Source: Podarcis cretensis (Eukaryota). From it: DNA of 64,000 nt. Positions 39,401-51,600 of the stretch are shown here, piece by piece. The translations under genes were made by a program, and so were the position numbers. The first letter of the stretch is position 1. Each line of letters starts with the position of its first letter. The notes under the pieces were generated by a model that had not been told where the DNA came from, did not search any database, and was given only the letters and a program-made list of their open reading frames with translations. The stretch spans positions 42,904,001 to 42,968,000 of the forward strand of contig OX638154.1 in assembly GCA_951804945.1 (NCBI GenBank). The letters are read 5' to 3'.

Positions 39401-42400
39401 CATATGGGCAAAGCAGCAGAAAGTGGGAGGCATTGGCTTAAAACAAATACTTGCCCACAAACATGCTATTTGTTTTTGGGTTCCATTCACTGACTGAACA
39501 GAATGCTTCTCTTGGTCGTGAGAGCATTAGGGCACTCCAGCCCCTGTGGACAGCAAATATAGGCTTAACTGGATTGAAAAGCAAGAAAATGCATACATAT
39601 CTCCATGAGAGAACATGAGAATGGGCCTGACTCCTCAAAATGAAGCAACTTGTATGATACAGCAAGTAAAGTTTTCCTCCCTAGACACTGAAATAGGAAA
39701 CTTCAAGAAACAATGCAGAACAAGAAACTGTAATTCAGCCTTTTAACGTTAAGACATGTGGAAACCACAAACAATGAACTTAACTTCTAAGTGGTTTTCA
39801 CCATTCTAAAGCTACTATGTTTAAAACATAGCTATTTTAAGACTCAGTAGGTTGCCAAATAATACATCTAAAGAAAATACATAATACAGTTTCCCCTGTG
39901 AATGCACTTATAATGTGATCCTGTATATATCTGGGCCTTACTCCCAGGTAAACTGATCACAGCTTTAGCTCATGAACATGTGTTTGCTTTTCAAACATAT
40001 ATAAGAAATAAATACAAATAGCCTTTATGTATCCCCCTGAATATTTCTGATATTTCCTATGGTGGCTTCCTGCTTCTGGAATACTCTCCCCAGGGAGTTC
40101 ACCTGTAACCTTCGTTACCTATCTTTAGTGGCCAGGCAAAAACGTCTTTGGCTAATTAAACAATCTATGGCCTTTTAAAGTGTGTATGGGGTAGTTATTA
40201 TTTTTGTATGTATTTTTGTGTTTTTATATTGTGAACCACCCTGTGATCTTTGGATGAAAGGCGGTATAGAAATTTTATAAATAATAGTAATAAGAGTAAG
40301 AACTCTTATACACATGGGACTTAGCTCAGGGTTAAAATACTAAAGAGACGCGGGTGGCACTGTGGGTTAAACCACAGAGCCTAGGGCTTGCCGATCAGAA
40401 GGTGGGCAGTTTGAATCTCCGTGACGGGGTGAACTCCCGTTGCTCAGTCCCTGTTCCTGCCAACCTAGCAGTTTGAAAGCACGAAGTGCAAGTAGATAAA
40501 TAGGTACCGCTCCGGTATGACAGCATTTCCGTGCACTGCTCTGGTTCGCCAGAAGCGGGTTAGTCATGCTGGTCACATGACCCAGAAGCTGTACACCGGC
40601 TCCCTCGGGCAATAAAGCGAGCTGAGCGCCGCAACCCCAGAGTCGTCCACGACTGGACTTAATGGTCAGGGGTCCCTTTACCTTTACCTAAAATACTAAA
40701 GTAGGGAAGGGAAGAAGATTGTCCCATTTCTGCCAAATCAAAAGGTTTTCCATATTCTTCAAAAGCACTAGGTTTTGATAATTTTTTGGCAGGAAGCATA
40801 TTGTGCTAAATGGGGCATCGGCAAGGTAAATCCTATTCTCTTAAAAATGACAGAATTTGGCCTTAAGCAGGCAAGTCACCTTTAAACAGACAATTAGATT
40901 TTAAAACTCTTAGCAAACTAGAATGATCCAATTTGTTGTGGACCAGGCAGAGCAAAAATTAAATTAACACTGCACACCCTGAACTGTAGCGAAGGCATTT
41001 CTCAGTTGACAGCTTTCCGACAATAGAATTTTGTGCAGATCATACATTTCCCCTACTTTTAAGCTCTGAAGCAACATGAAATACTCATCACAGATTCTCA
41101 CACCTTGCAAATTTCAAATTATTTATTTTAGATGAGGTTGGACTTCAAATTGAAGCCCATTCCCACACTCCAATCCCCACATTGTGTTAGTTAAAAAACC
41201 CAACAACCCTAGTTTTTGTAGAATCACACACACATGCTGTAAAATATATATACCATAATTGTAATGTTAGTCTGTAGATAAGGAACAGTTTTAAGCTGAT
41301 CTGCTTACTACAGCATCAGTGCTGTATACTTGCTCTATCTGTTTAAGATTTTTGGCAGAGCAAGCTGAAAATGGAATTTAAGGCATTTTTTGTCTTCCCT
41401 GAATTCTCCCGGGGGGTCAGGACCTGAATCCTAAAAAGGGTATGAATGGGAAGAGAAATAGTGCTTTTGGTTAATAACATTGTAAATGGACTCTTTGTTA
41501 GTGAATTCTAGATGAAATAAGATGGTCTGGGTTAAGACCAGAGGTCAGGCTACATTATGAAAATGGACCTTCCTAACTACAGAAAGTCTTACTAGCCATT
41601 TTGGCTTTGTTATATTGCTCTCTCTGCAAAATGTCTCTGAAAACCCTTGGCTGGTTTGTTGTAATACAGAGTGCTTCTGAAATTTAAACACATGGTAGAA
41701 AGAAGCTCAGCTCTACCTATAAAACCTGCTGCACACTTTGATGGCTTTTGTTTGTCTGACTTTATAAAAATTAATATCAGAATATTTAATGCTGGAACTT
41801 TAAATATAGCCCACTTAGTGATCTAATCCTACAGAATACTAGGTTTTGTCACTCTCATAATGTGGAAAGATCACAGCTGCAAGCTTCAATCAACTAACCC
41901 AGGGATGTGAAATCAGCTAAAGCTTTAATAACAAACTAAAAATCTGCACAATTAATCAGCTGGGCCAACAAGAAACAGACATCTCACATGGGAAGTCGTG
42001 AATGCTTCAATAATGTGCAACATACCAGTTCTCTCCTCCCTTCACTAATTTGGACTAAACAGAATTTGTCCCCCCCCCATCCTCATTCCAGTTTGTATCT
42101 GGGAGGCAAACTATAGCTTCCAAGGAACAAACCGATAACAGTGCTCAATTGAAATAAGTGGGCAGGATTCACCTAACCAACCCCAAGAGCAGAAGCCCTG
42201 TGTAAGGACTTCCACTTGCACAATGGGGCTTCCTCCCCACTTCCAAGGTTTCCCCCCCCAAAAAAAATAAAAAAAAATTGGTTGGGGTTTTTACCTCAGA
42301 ATAAGCCCCAGAATAGTGCCTCGGGGGAGAAGACCAGGCAGGGGGAAGAGGGAGCCCGACTGCACATTGAATTCCACTCAGTACGTCTTTTAAACCTAGA

Positions 42401-45400
42401 TCTTGCATAAAAGTGATAGGCTGTGAACTTAAGGTTTTCCCCTAAGCCATTTTGTTTCTGATGATTTGCTGCAATCGGGAAAATTCCATATTCTCAATTT
42501 CCTTTTTTTAAAAAATGAATGCCAAATTGGTGGGCTTTTAATTCTAAATGATGTAACGTAGCTTTCATTTGTTACACTTCCAAACTCTCAACACATGACT
42601 GAAAGTGTCCTTTTCCTTCACCCCATCTGACTTCCCAGTCACAAGAAGCCAAGCAAGGCTTTAAATCTTGACGATTTCATTGTTGTTAACAGTCTTGCCA
42701 TCTCTCAAAGTTCACTATATATAATGAGTTGGCTTAAGTGCCCCTTTTATCATCTAGCTTTCGACCTCCTCTGGGTCCATGAGGGTCAGACGCTTGATAT
42801 TCTCCAACAGAGCGAGGGTTGGAGAATTACTCCAGCGTTAAAACGAAAACACACGTTCTCATGAATTTCTATAACAAATGAGGTTTGGAGTGAAAGATTA
42901 ATTAAATACACTTGAGATAATCACAAAAGCTGTCTGGACTACAAATGGCTCCCCTGCTGCAGAAGAACCAAGATATGCCCCCCCCCCCCAGCACTTGCAG
43001 GTTCACTGAGGTGGACACACATATGGTTTTTTGTCTTTGAAGGAGCTTGAACAAAAGATGCATGACACCAAAAGAGAACCAGTACATAAAATCAGAGACC
43101 AATGAAAATCATCACACTATACAGGTAATCTTCCTGCTGCTTTTGTCCAACAACATAATAGGTGTAAAAGAAATGAAGACACCAAGCAGCCAACAATACT
43201 ATCTATATTGCAGGATCTTCATGATAAACTAAGTGTTCAATTCAACATCACAGCAGATGCCACAGCGATAGCATTTCATACCTTCATGCAAAAGCACAGC
43301 AAATGAAATAAAGTCACTTTAAAGTGTGTAAGATTTGTCAAACAACACTGAAGAAAAACCCAGAGAAAGTGCATTATATAACCAAGGAACTCAAGCTTAG
43401 GAAAACTAGCATGTATACTTTATAGAATATGACAGAGGGAAAGTGGAAGAGTCTGAGTTCTCTTAGGGCCTTTCTGCACTTACCATTATAGTGATAAGAG
43501 TTGTTAGGTTTGGGGCACTTTTTGGCTACACAACATTCACATTATTCAGCTAGTATTCTGGAATAATGTACTAAATAATCTTTATTAGGAATCTGATTTG
43601 TTACCGAGCTCTCCTCCTGAAGCTTCTGATTTCACTCACCATTTAAAACTGTACTCCGCTTTTCACCTGGCATGTTTCCTCAGATGCAAAAAAGTTATTT
43701 CCTGCAATTCCTAGAACTTTCTGTGGCCTAAGGTGCCATTATGTAGCTAGTGTTCACCGGAGCTAGTCTTCTTTAACTGGGTCCAACAGCAGTCACACAA
43801 AGTACTTAGTACAAAAAGCAGGTCCACCAAAATGATTATCTTGGGGCAGCACAACTGCATTGTATAGCACAACTACAGCAACCATTGCTGAATGTTTACT
43901 TTAAAAGAGGGTGGGGAATCAAGCCCTGCTGTCATAAGGATAAAGCTGCAAAAAAATGTCCAATCTTTGGGCTTCATGTTTGGATGGATATGAAGTTAGA
44001 TTAACAGATGCTGGCAGGTTCCCTGCTGTGGCAATAGGAAGAGAAAGAGCTAAACTGGCCAGATGGAGGAAGATGGAAGCAAAGGGTAGCACTGGAGAGT
44101 GGTTGTGTGAGTTTGGTCCTAATCCTAATAAAGGTATTCCTTCATTTGCTTCTGAATATTAAACACATGACAGAAAGAAGCTCAGCTGCTGGGTACTGAA
44201 GGGCGAAGGAGGGGACTGGCTTCTCATTTGAAATCCAACCCTTTAATGAGAGTGCACTGCGGGCTTAAAGATAAAGGGAGCCTTTGATCAGAAGCAGAGC
44301 CTTGCTGCATATGAGGAGTGACAAAGACATACTGTGAAGGGCAATGGACACTTGGGCAGCCATCTAAGGGAGCTGTGCAAGCACACAGTGTGTGGTACTG
44401 GAAGCAGCATCTGAGCCATAACCCTCCTTGTGTCACAATGAGGACTTCAGGACTTTGAAGCCCTGTCCCCCTTCTAACGCACTTGGGTAACGTAACCGTT
44501 ATCAACCCACAGGGGAGATGGGAACTTTGAAAACGTACTAAAAGGAAAAATCTGATTTTAAGATAGGTCCCACTAAGGTTACTATTTTGGCAGCAGAACG
44601 CTGCATAAAAGGCAATGGCCATGCAGCCACGTTAAGGTCCCAACAGATAGTCATGGCCAGGTATTTCAGCTGTTTTTTAAGGACATCAAATGTGGGTTTG
44701 GTTTTGAAGGTCCTGTCAGCTGAAACCTCTGGCTTGCTTGCCTTTGACTATCAAAACCTGATGTTTAATACATCCACCTGTCATTTGCTTAAACCTGCAT
44801 TTGTAGCTGTATGATAAAATTGTGTCCCTGGAATGCTGGAATAACATTGAATTTCTGTCCATCTATCCTATTAAGGGTCCATAAATTAGCCTTGCTGAAC
44901 CTGCTGGCCATCAGATTTATATATATGTTTACTACAATTCCCATCAGGTCCTGTCAGTACAGCATCAGGTTTAGGAAGGGTGTCATGGAGCAAGTTTGCT
45001 ATCCAGTGCTCTAACCACTATTGGGCACAATTTACCCTTCAGCAAGGATTAACTTTGGCAAGGAGTGACAATCATTTGCTGGAACCGTGCACTTCCCTTG
45101 ATGCCAGTGATGCAGATAAACAAAGTGCACTAGAGGCAGGCTTTTCTTACACAATTTATAGAACAGCATGTCTGGGTTTATTGCCTTGGTATGTTCTGTG
45201 AGACTGTGTTTAATTGCTATGTTGTAAGAGTCAGTGAAAGCAGGCTGAAACACACAGATGTGCAGCTTTCTAACTGATTAGCTAAAAGTAAATGAAACCA
45301 AGAGACCCTCACTAAGTAATGATTTTCCCCAGAGTAAAGGGCTCCACTTATGCTCATAGTCTCAACCTCTATACCCAGATACAAATGCTGCCTGCTTTCA

Positions 45401-48400
45401 TTAGCAGAGACGAGAACACAGAATTTGAGGCTCTGCCTAATTAAATTCAGCGTATTATTACTGAGCCTGCTCCGACAAATATACAGGCTGAATGGGGAAG
45501 GTGGGGAATCTGTATGCAGAAAGAGATACATATCTATATTTCACAGAGATATATTGCATTCATACTGATTACCCAAACTTCAATTAGATACAAAGGAGGA
45601 CAATGCTCATGTACCTAGAATAGCTGGACTGAAGAATGAATTTTAACAGGTACAGGTCGTTAGGGAGGGGTAAGAAAAGCTGTGCCTGATGAGCCTCTTC
45701 AATACAAGTTATTTAATACAGGAGTCCTGACCTATTATATATAGTCATTCTATCTGTGATGGATAAGAGGAAGGGAAAATCAAGACAACACGCTGAGGCT
45801 TAAAAGCTGCAGAAATGCAAGGAGCAAAGTCTGAGAGCAAGGTTGTTCTAGATAATTGGAGGATGACCTCTATTTGCCAGAACAGCAAGCAATAGGTAGA
45901 CAGAGCACAATTTCCTTTGGTAGTGAGATAACCACATATATTCCTTATTTAAACCAATACACATGGTACTCAATGTGTTAATAACTTCTAATTCAGCAGG
46001 TTTTGTTTTGTTTTGTTTGTCCAGTCCCCTTAACGTTTTTTCTAAAATTAAATGTAGCACCTTAAAGGCTCAAGGTAGAAATCTTTCCCTACTAGCTGCT
46101 GAACATTTCCAGTTTTCAATGTTGAACAGGCATCCATTCATTTACTTTTATCCTACTAAACTGAAATAACTGCTAGAAAGGCATGGAACTCAGCTGAAAT
46201 TTCTCCATCACTAATAGTGTAATATCTATGTACGTCTACTCAGAAGGGAGTTCAATGACACATGCTCCCTGGAAAATGTGTATATAGTGCTGCATCTTTA
46301 AAAGTACACTTCTAGAGCCCTAGTACTGCCATGCACAAAGGAAACAACTAGACACACACGTACAATTATTTAATTATTCAAAGAAGATTCTAATGGGCTG
46401 TTAACAAGAACTGCCTTCCCAGAGTGTGTGTACAGCACTTGTAGGCTTGGGAAGGCTGGATGAATATTTTATAAACACTGATGGGGAGCCAAACCTATTT
46501 CCAGGAGAGTTTTCCCTTGCTTTGGCAATGTGAGGAAATTGAAAGAGAAATAACCCATTAATTTGCTCCAAGTCTAACGACTGCAAAACAAACAAACAAA
46601 TAAATAAATAAATATGCAGACATGTAGTCATTCAGTAAGTGATATAAGTGCCAAATTGAATGAACCACAAATGTGAGGACTGAAATATGGTTCTGCTGAA
46701 ACGCTAATCATTTTAGGCTTGTATCAATATAGCACTAAGTAATCATCCCTCTGGCGTAAGGATTTATGCTTGCGCAACAGGACTTTCTGCCCCTCTGCAC
46801 CCTCTCCAAATATGCTCCAGAGAGTGAGGGAACCTGCAGGAAAAATTTAGGGGCCTTGCATGGAGAGAGGAGAGAAAGTCCTGTTGTGTGTAAATCCTTG
46901 TGCTGGCTGGATGGTTACTTAGCGTGACATTGAATACAAGCCATTATCCTCATGTCAATCTCTACCCTTGATTTTGAAGCATTTATCTCCCATTTCTGCA
47001 TATGGGGAAAGACTAGCAAATTCTTTATTTTCTACCAGTTGACATCCAGTCTTTTTCTTCTTGACAAAGAAATTTGTCAAGAGCTTGCTTTATAAACTTG
47101 GTGGAGTTTATAAAGCAACAACCCAAATAATGTGCTACCCAGTCCTATTCCACAGAAACCAGTGGCTGCTGCTTCTTAGGCACAGAACCAAAAATTCTAA
47201 AACTTATTCTTTCAAGAGTCAGATCTTCCTGGGATTTTAGTTGTAACTTCTTACACATTAGCAAAACTGCTTCTCTCTAGCAGAAGAGCCAGAATCAATC
47301 ACTTATGGACTAGTTGTACTGCATAACAAAAAACAAATTGATCCAGATTTATCCTTAGCAAATGAAACTACAATCCTTTAAATCAGGGTTGCAGGAGAGC
47401 AAGGCAGACAACTCTAATAAGCCACTTTCTTTCATCAGAACACACTGCTGGATTCCTAAGTGTGCGTGAGGAATGTCAAATCCTTCCCTGTCCCTAATGT
47501 AAACCTTAGTTCTAGCTCATACAGAGGCTAATATCACATCATAAAGAAAACATGGAACTAAGAGCCTTTTGCTCATAGTGCACATGTCAACATTCATAGG
47601 ATCTTGGCAACCACACATGCATTTACTCTGTAGGAATTGCAAAACACCACTCATAAGAGCTAATAATTTTAATGTATGCCGTGCTAGACTGGCATCCTTT
47701 TAAACCAAATTGGACAGGCCCTTTTTATGTAGGCCATGCAACTGTTTTCACACTGTGGTCCAGCAACCCCTGAAGTTTCGGTCCATCTAAATGTACAGCT
47801 TTGTTCTATTCAGTTTGTACATCAGTACAAAATATGCTAGACTAAAGGGCAACTGTCAGCTTTAGAGTCTGAGTAAAAGGCTTTTTTGTTTTGACATTGC
47901 ACAGAATATTGCTCTGGTTCTATCAATTTTATGTCTCCAAAATTGTCAGACTTGGGTTTCTTGACACTTTCCAGGTTTGATTGTTAATATTATTAGATCT
48001 CATAATTCTAGTCTGAATTCTGCTACACAGTAGTTCTTCTGGAAAGCATAACAAAAACCTTACGATTCCCTTTCCAAGGTGGGATGTGTCTGACTTCAAG
48101 CAGTAAAAATCTGTCTGCTATTTGCACAAACAAAACATGGGTCAGGGTGAAGCCAAATCTGGCTTATATAATGCTACATTCATACATGCTCAAATAGAGC
48201 CTAGATTAGATTCAGGTATTATTGGTGCTGTTCAGTAATGAGTTTGGTTAACATCAGAGGTCCACAAATACAGTAATCATAGTTCACTAGCGGCAAATTT
48301 GAGGAGGGTTGTAGCTCAATCATTGAATATCTACCTTGCATTCAGAAGTTCCCTGGTTCAATACAAGATCTTTCCAGGTAGGGCTTTGGAAAATCCTTGC

Positions 48401-48606
48401 CTCAAACCCTGGAGAGCCATTGCCAATCAGTGCAAGCAGTACTGAGCTAGATGGACCAATGGTCTGACTCAGTATAAGGCAACTTCCTATGTTATCATTG
48501 GTTGCCAAGCTCCAGGACCAACTCAGCAATAGAGGCAAATGAGTCAACTCCACGGAGTTTCAAGATCTCAAGAGTGCCAGCCTCAGCCATGTCTGAGAGA
48601 GAGACA

Positions 48607-48669
<63 letters not shown>

Positions 48670-51600
48670 TGCTGCCCATGTTTTAAAATGAGGTTCCAAG
48701 TTGCAGTTTGCAGCTGGATTACATACCCTGTATTTCAATGTTCTTCTGAGCTCTACCAACTTTACAGGGCTTGATTATAATTATAATAGGGAGGAGTAAT
48801 GAATGCAAAAAATGTATTCTGATCCAAAAAATGTATATTGATCCAATTTAAAAGCATGAGCTGATGCACAATTACTCACAAGGAAGCCCTGCCAAGCCCA
48901 ACCCAAAATGTGTGGGCACTTGGTTAACCTAGAGCAGAAATATAATTTTGGTTCTTTAATTATCAAGAGTAGATCAATCTGCTACCCTTTGTATTGCTGG
49001 GAATAAAAATACAGTTAAAAAGGTAGGAGGGAAGATCTATACGTAAGGAAAGTAAGTTTGCAAAGTAATATCAATTAAATAGTTACAACAAAATATGGCA
49101 GGGGAAAGCATCAGCAGGAAATACAGCCCAAACCCTACTAAAATGTTCAAATCCAATGCAAACAAAGACTTTAGATGGGGCAAGAAGGCTAGAGAGTGAA
49201 TTATTTCTCTCTCATCATGTGAATGTAGCAGCTTCTGTAAGCTCAATGAGAGGGTGAAGCCTTTTCTTGTCCAGGATTCAACTAACCCCAGAATACCAAG
49301 GGCACCAAAATGCATTCTCATTTCCCAGAGTTCTGTATTTGTGACTCCTGCCAACTGAGCTTTCCCAAGCCAAAAGGGAACTGTTTTTATTATTGCGGTG
49401 AACAAACTTTGAGTGCTGGGGACACAAGGGTTCAGGGACACTTTTTGGTTCTCCACAAGCTGGGCTACAGAAAGCTCCTGGCACCTGCAATCTGATCAGC
49501 AGACAGTCTCTGGCATCTGCTGTCAAAAGAAATTTGGTGCTACCCTTTTGCCTGTCAGCCAGACAACCCCTGGAAAAGAAATGGGAGGTATTGCTTTGTG
49601 TCTGACTAACAGTCTCAGGAGAACAAACCAACTCCCACCTCCAGTTGTGACCAAAGGCAAATGTGGACCTTTCTATGATGCAACTGAAAAATGGATGCTG
49701 TTCCAGAGAGACACATTTCCAAAACTAGGGCACTTTTAGACACAGTTTTATAGTGGAAAACAATAGCTGCTCTCAGGTTATAGGTTAGGGTGCTATAATG
49801 AACACAACTTTGAAATGCAACCTGGGGAGGATGTTTTCTTCTTTTAAAAAATGCCTCTTCCCCATTATAGACTGTTGTTAACACTAGGATCTAGAGTAGG
49901 GAGAGGCAACCTGATGTCTTTTTTCCCTGGAAAAGCACCCTGGTCCACTCATGGAGCAACTCTCCTACGGATGGTTCACCTTCTGGTTGGTCACTGTAAG
50001 AACAGGATGCTGGACTAGATGGGTCCTTGGCCTGATCCAGCAAGCTTTTCTTATGCTCTTAACACATGTAGCTTGAGGGAATGGGGCAAGCAGAGGATGG
50101 GGCCTCTGGCCTGCACGTTTGCAGAAGATTGAGCCTTTCATTCACCAGACAGCCTTCGGTTCTCCCCTTTGTGCATAAACACATGCAACTTCTCTGTATC
50201 TCAGTGTTGTTAAGTGGTAGCAACAGCAAAAAATAAATAAATGCAGAAGCCTATCATGCATACATGCGCAGCAGCAGCAATAGCAACTCAAACATTATGG
50301 TCAACCCTTTCAATGGACACATTCCCTACATCAGAAAGAGGAGGCTATCTGCCAATGCATCTGTCTATACATTCTCTCCCCCATTGAAAGGGTTAACTTG
50401 GTGCATGCTTATATAATGCCAGCGCTCCCAAGAGACAAGCCTTCAGCTCACACTCCCCCATCATGCCTGTGTAGTCTGCCAGCTTGGTACAGTACCTGAG
50501 GTTGGAAGAACTTCAGAGTGTGCAGCGCCAAACACAGGGAAGGGGAACATGAGGAAAGAAGGGAAAGAGAGAACACAGGAATATATAAAACCACAGCATA
50601 AACATGGCAGGCTGAGGCTGTAATAAAGAGAAGGTGTGTTAGTCCTCCATATTCCACGGCTACCCTCAGCCAATCTTTACCATAAATGACCACCCAAACC
50701 AACGCAGGGAGACACAGCTGATTTGGTTTCCTTCACCTTATTTTTATTTCTTGGGGCAAAAGTTCCACAGTTTGTGGTTTTAAATTCAACAAAATGGGTC
50801 TTTCGCATCCTGTCGGCTTCCATTTGAGTCCCCTAAATGTCAGGACAAATTCTATTCTACTGCAACTTGGCTGCAAGCTCATTATCGATTCTTAGACACT
50901 TATGATGGATGAGACAATAGGCAATGCAAATAACCACAGGAATACTGTATTTCATTTGCATCCCCTGGCTCAAATAACGTCTGCGAGAAATGGAAGCTGT
51001 GGCTTGGATCTTTATTTCCATTTATAAATGCCTCCCCTGCATCGGTAGGAGAAAAGAAAATTGGCAAGGCTCCCTCTAGGCAACATGCTTTTGTGCAATT
51101 CCAAATGCTTAGCTGCGTATTGCGGAGTGTCTGATGGGCCTAAACGTTCTGCCTACGGAGACTGCTCAACATTCATTAATAATCTGAGTGGTACACATCT
51201 CCGCTTTTATTTGAAGATCCTGCAAAACCTCACTCATGAGATTCCACTGAGGGACAATTCCCTTGACCCACAAGATCACTACAGTATTTATGAAAACTTT
51301 GCTGAATTCCAGTTGTGTTGCCACATACACTGAGGCAGTCTTGCATTACCGACACCACATGCAGAAGTCAATGTAGTTTGGAGTTTCGCACACTGCTTTG
51401 AACACTCACAAAGCAACAATAATCACAGTATGAAGAATCTTCTGCATCTGGTGGCAGTCTGCACACTGTCACTTTAACACATGACAGCTATGGGTAGAAT
51501 TCAGCATGAAAATGAAAGAGGACCTTGGCTACTAGAATGCTACCAGGAGGGTGTTTTTCTTTTTCTTTTTTCAGCATAAGGCCACAGTTCACCACCTTTG

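Noticed and set aside
42855-42868. IHEN peptide after a TAG acceptor, resembling the mammalian KIHES end of PAT
   Set aside because: 14 nt to the next GT (not frame-preserving) and on the wrong side of the PAT exon.
48304-48375. tRNA genes at the SINE heads (also 777, 40346, 53700, 60221)
   Set aside because: The A/B boxes continue into SINE bodies and tails and no intact cloverleaf is present.
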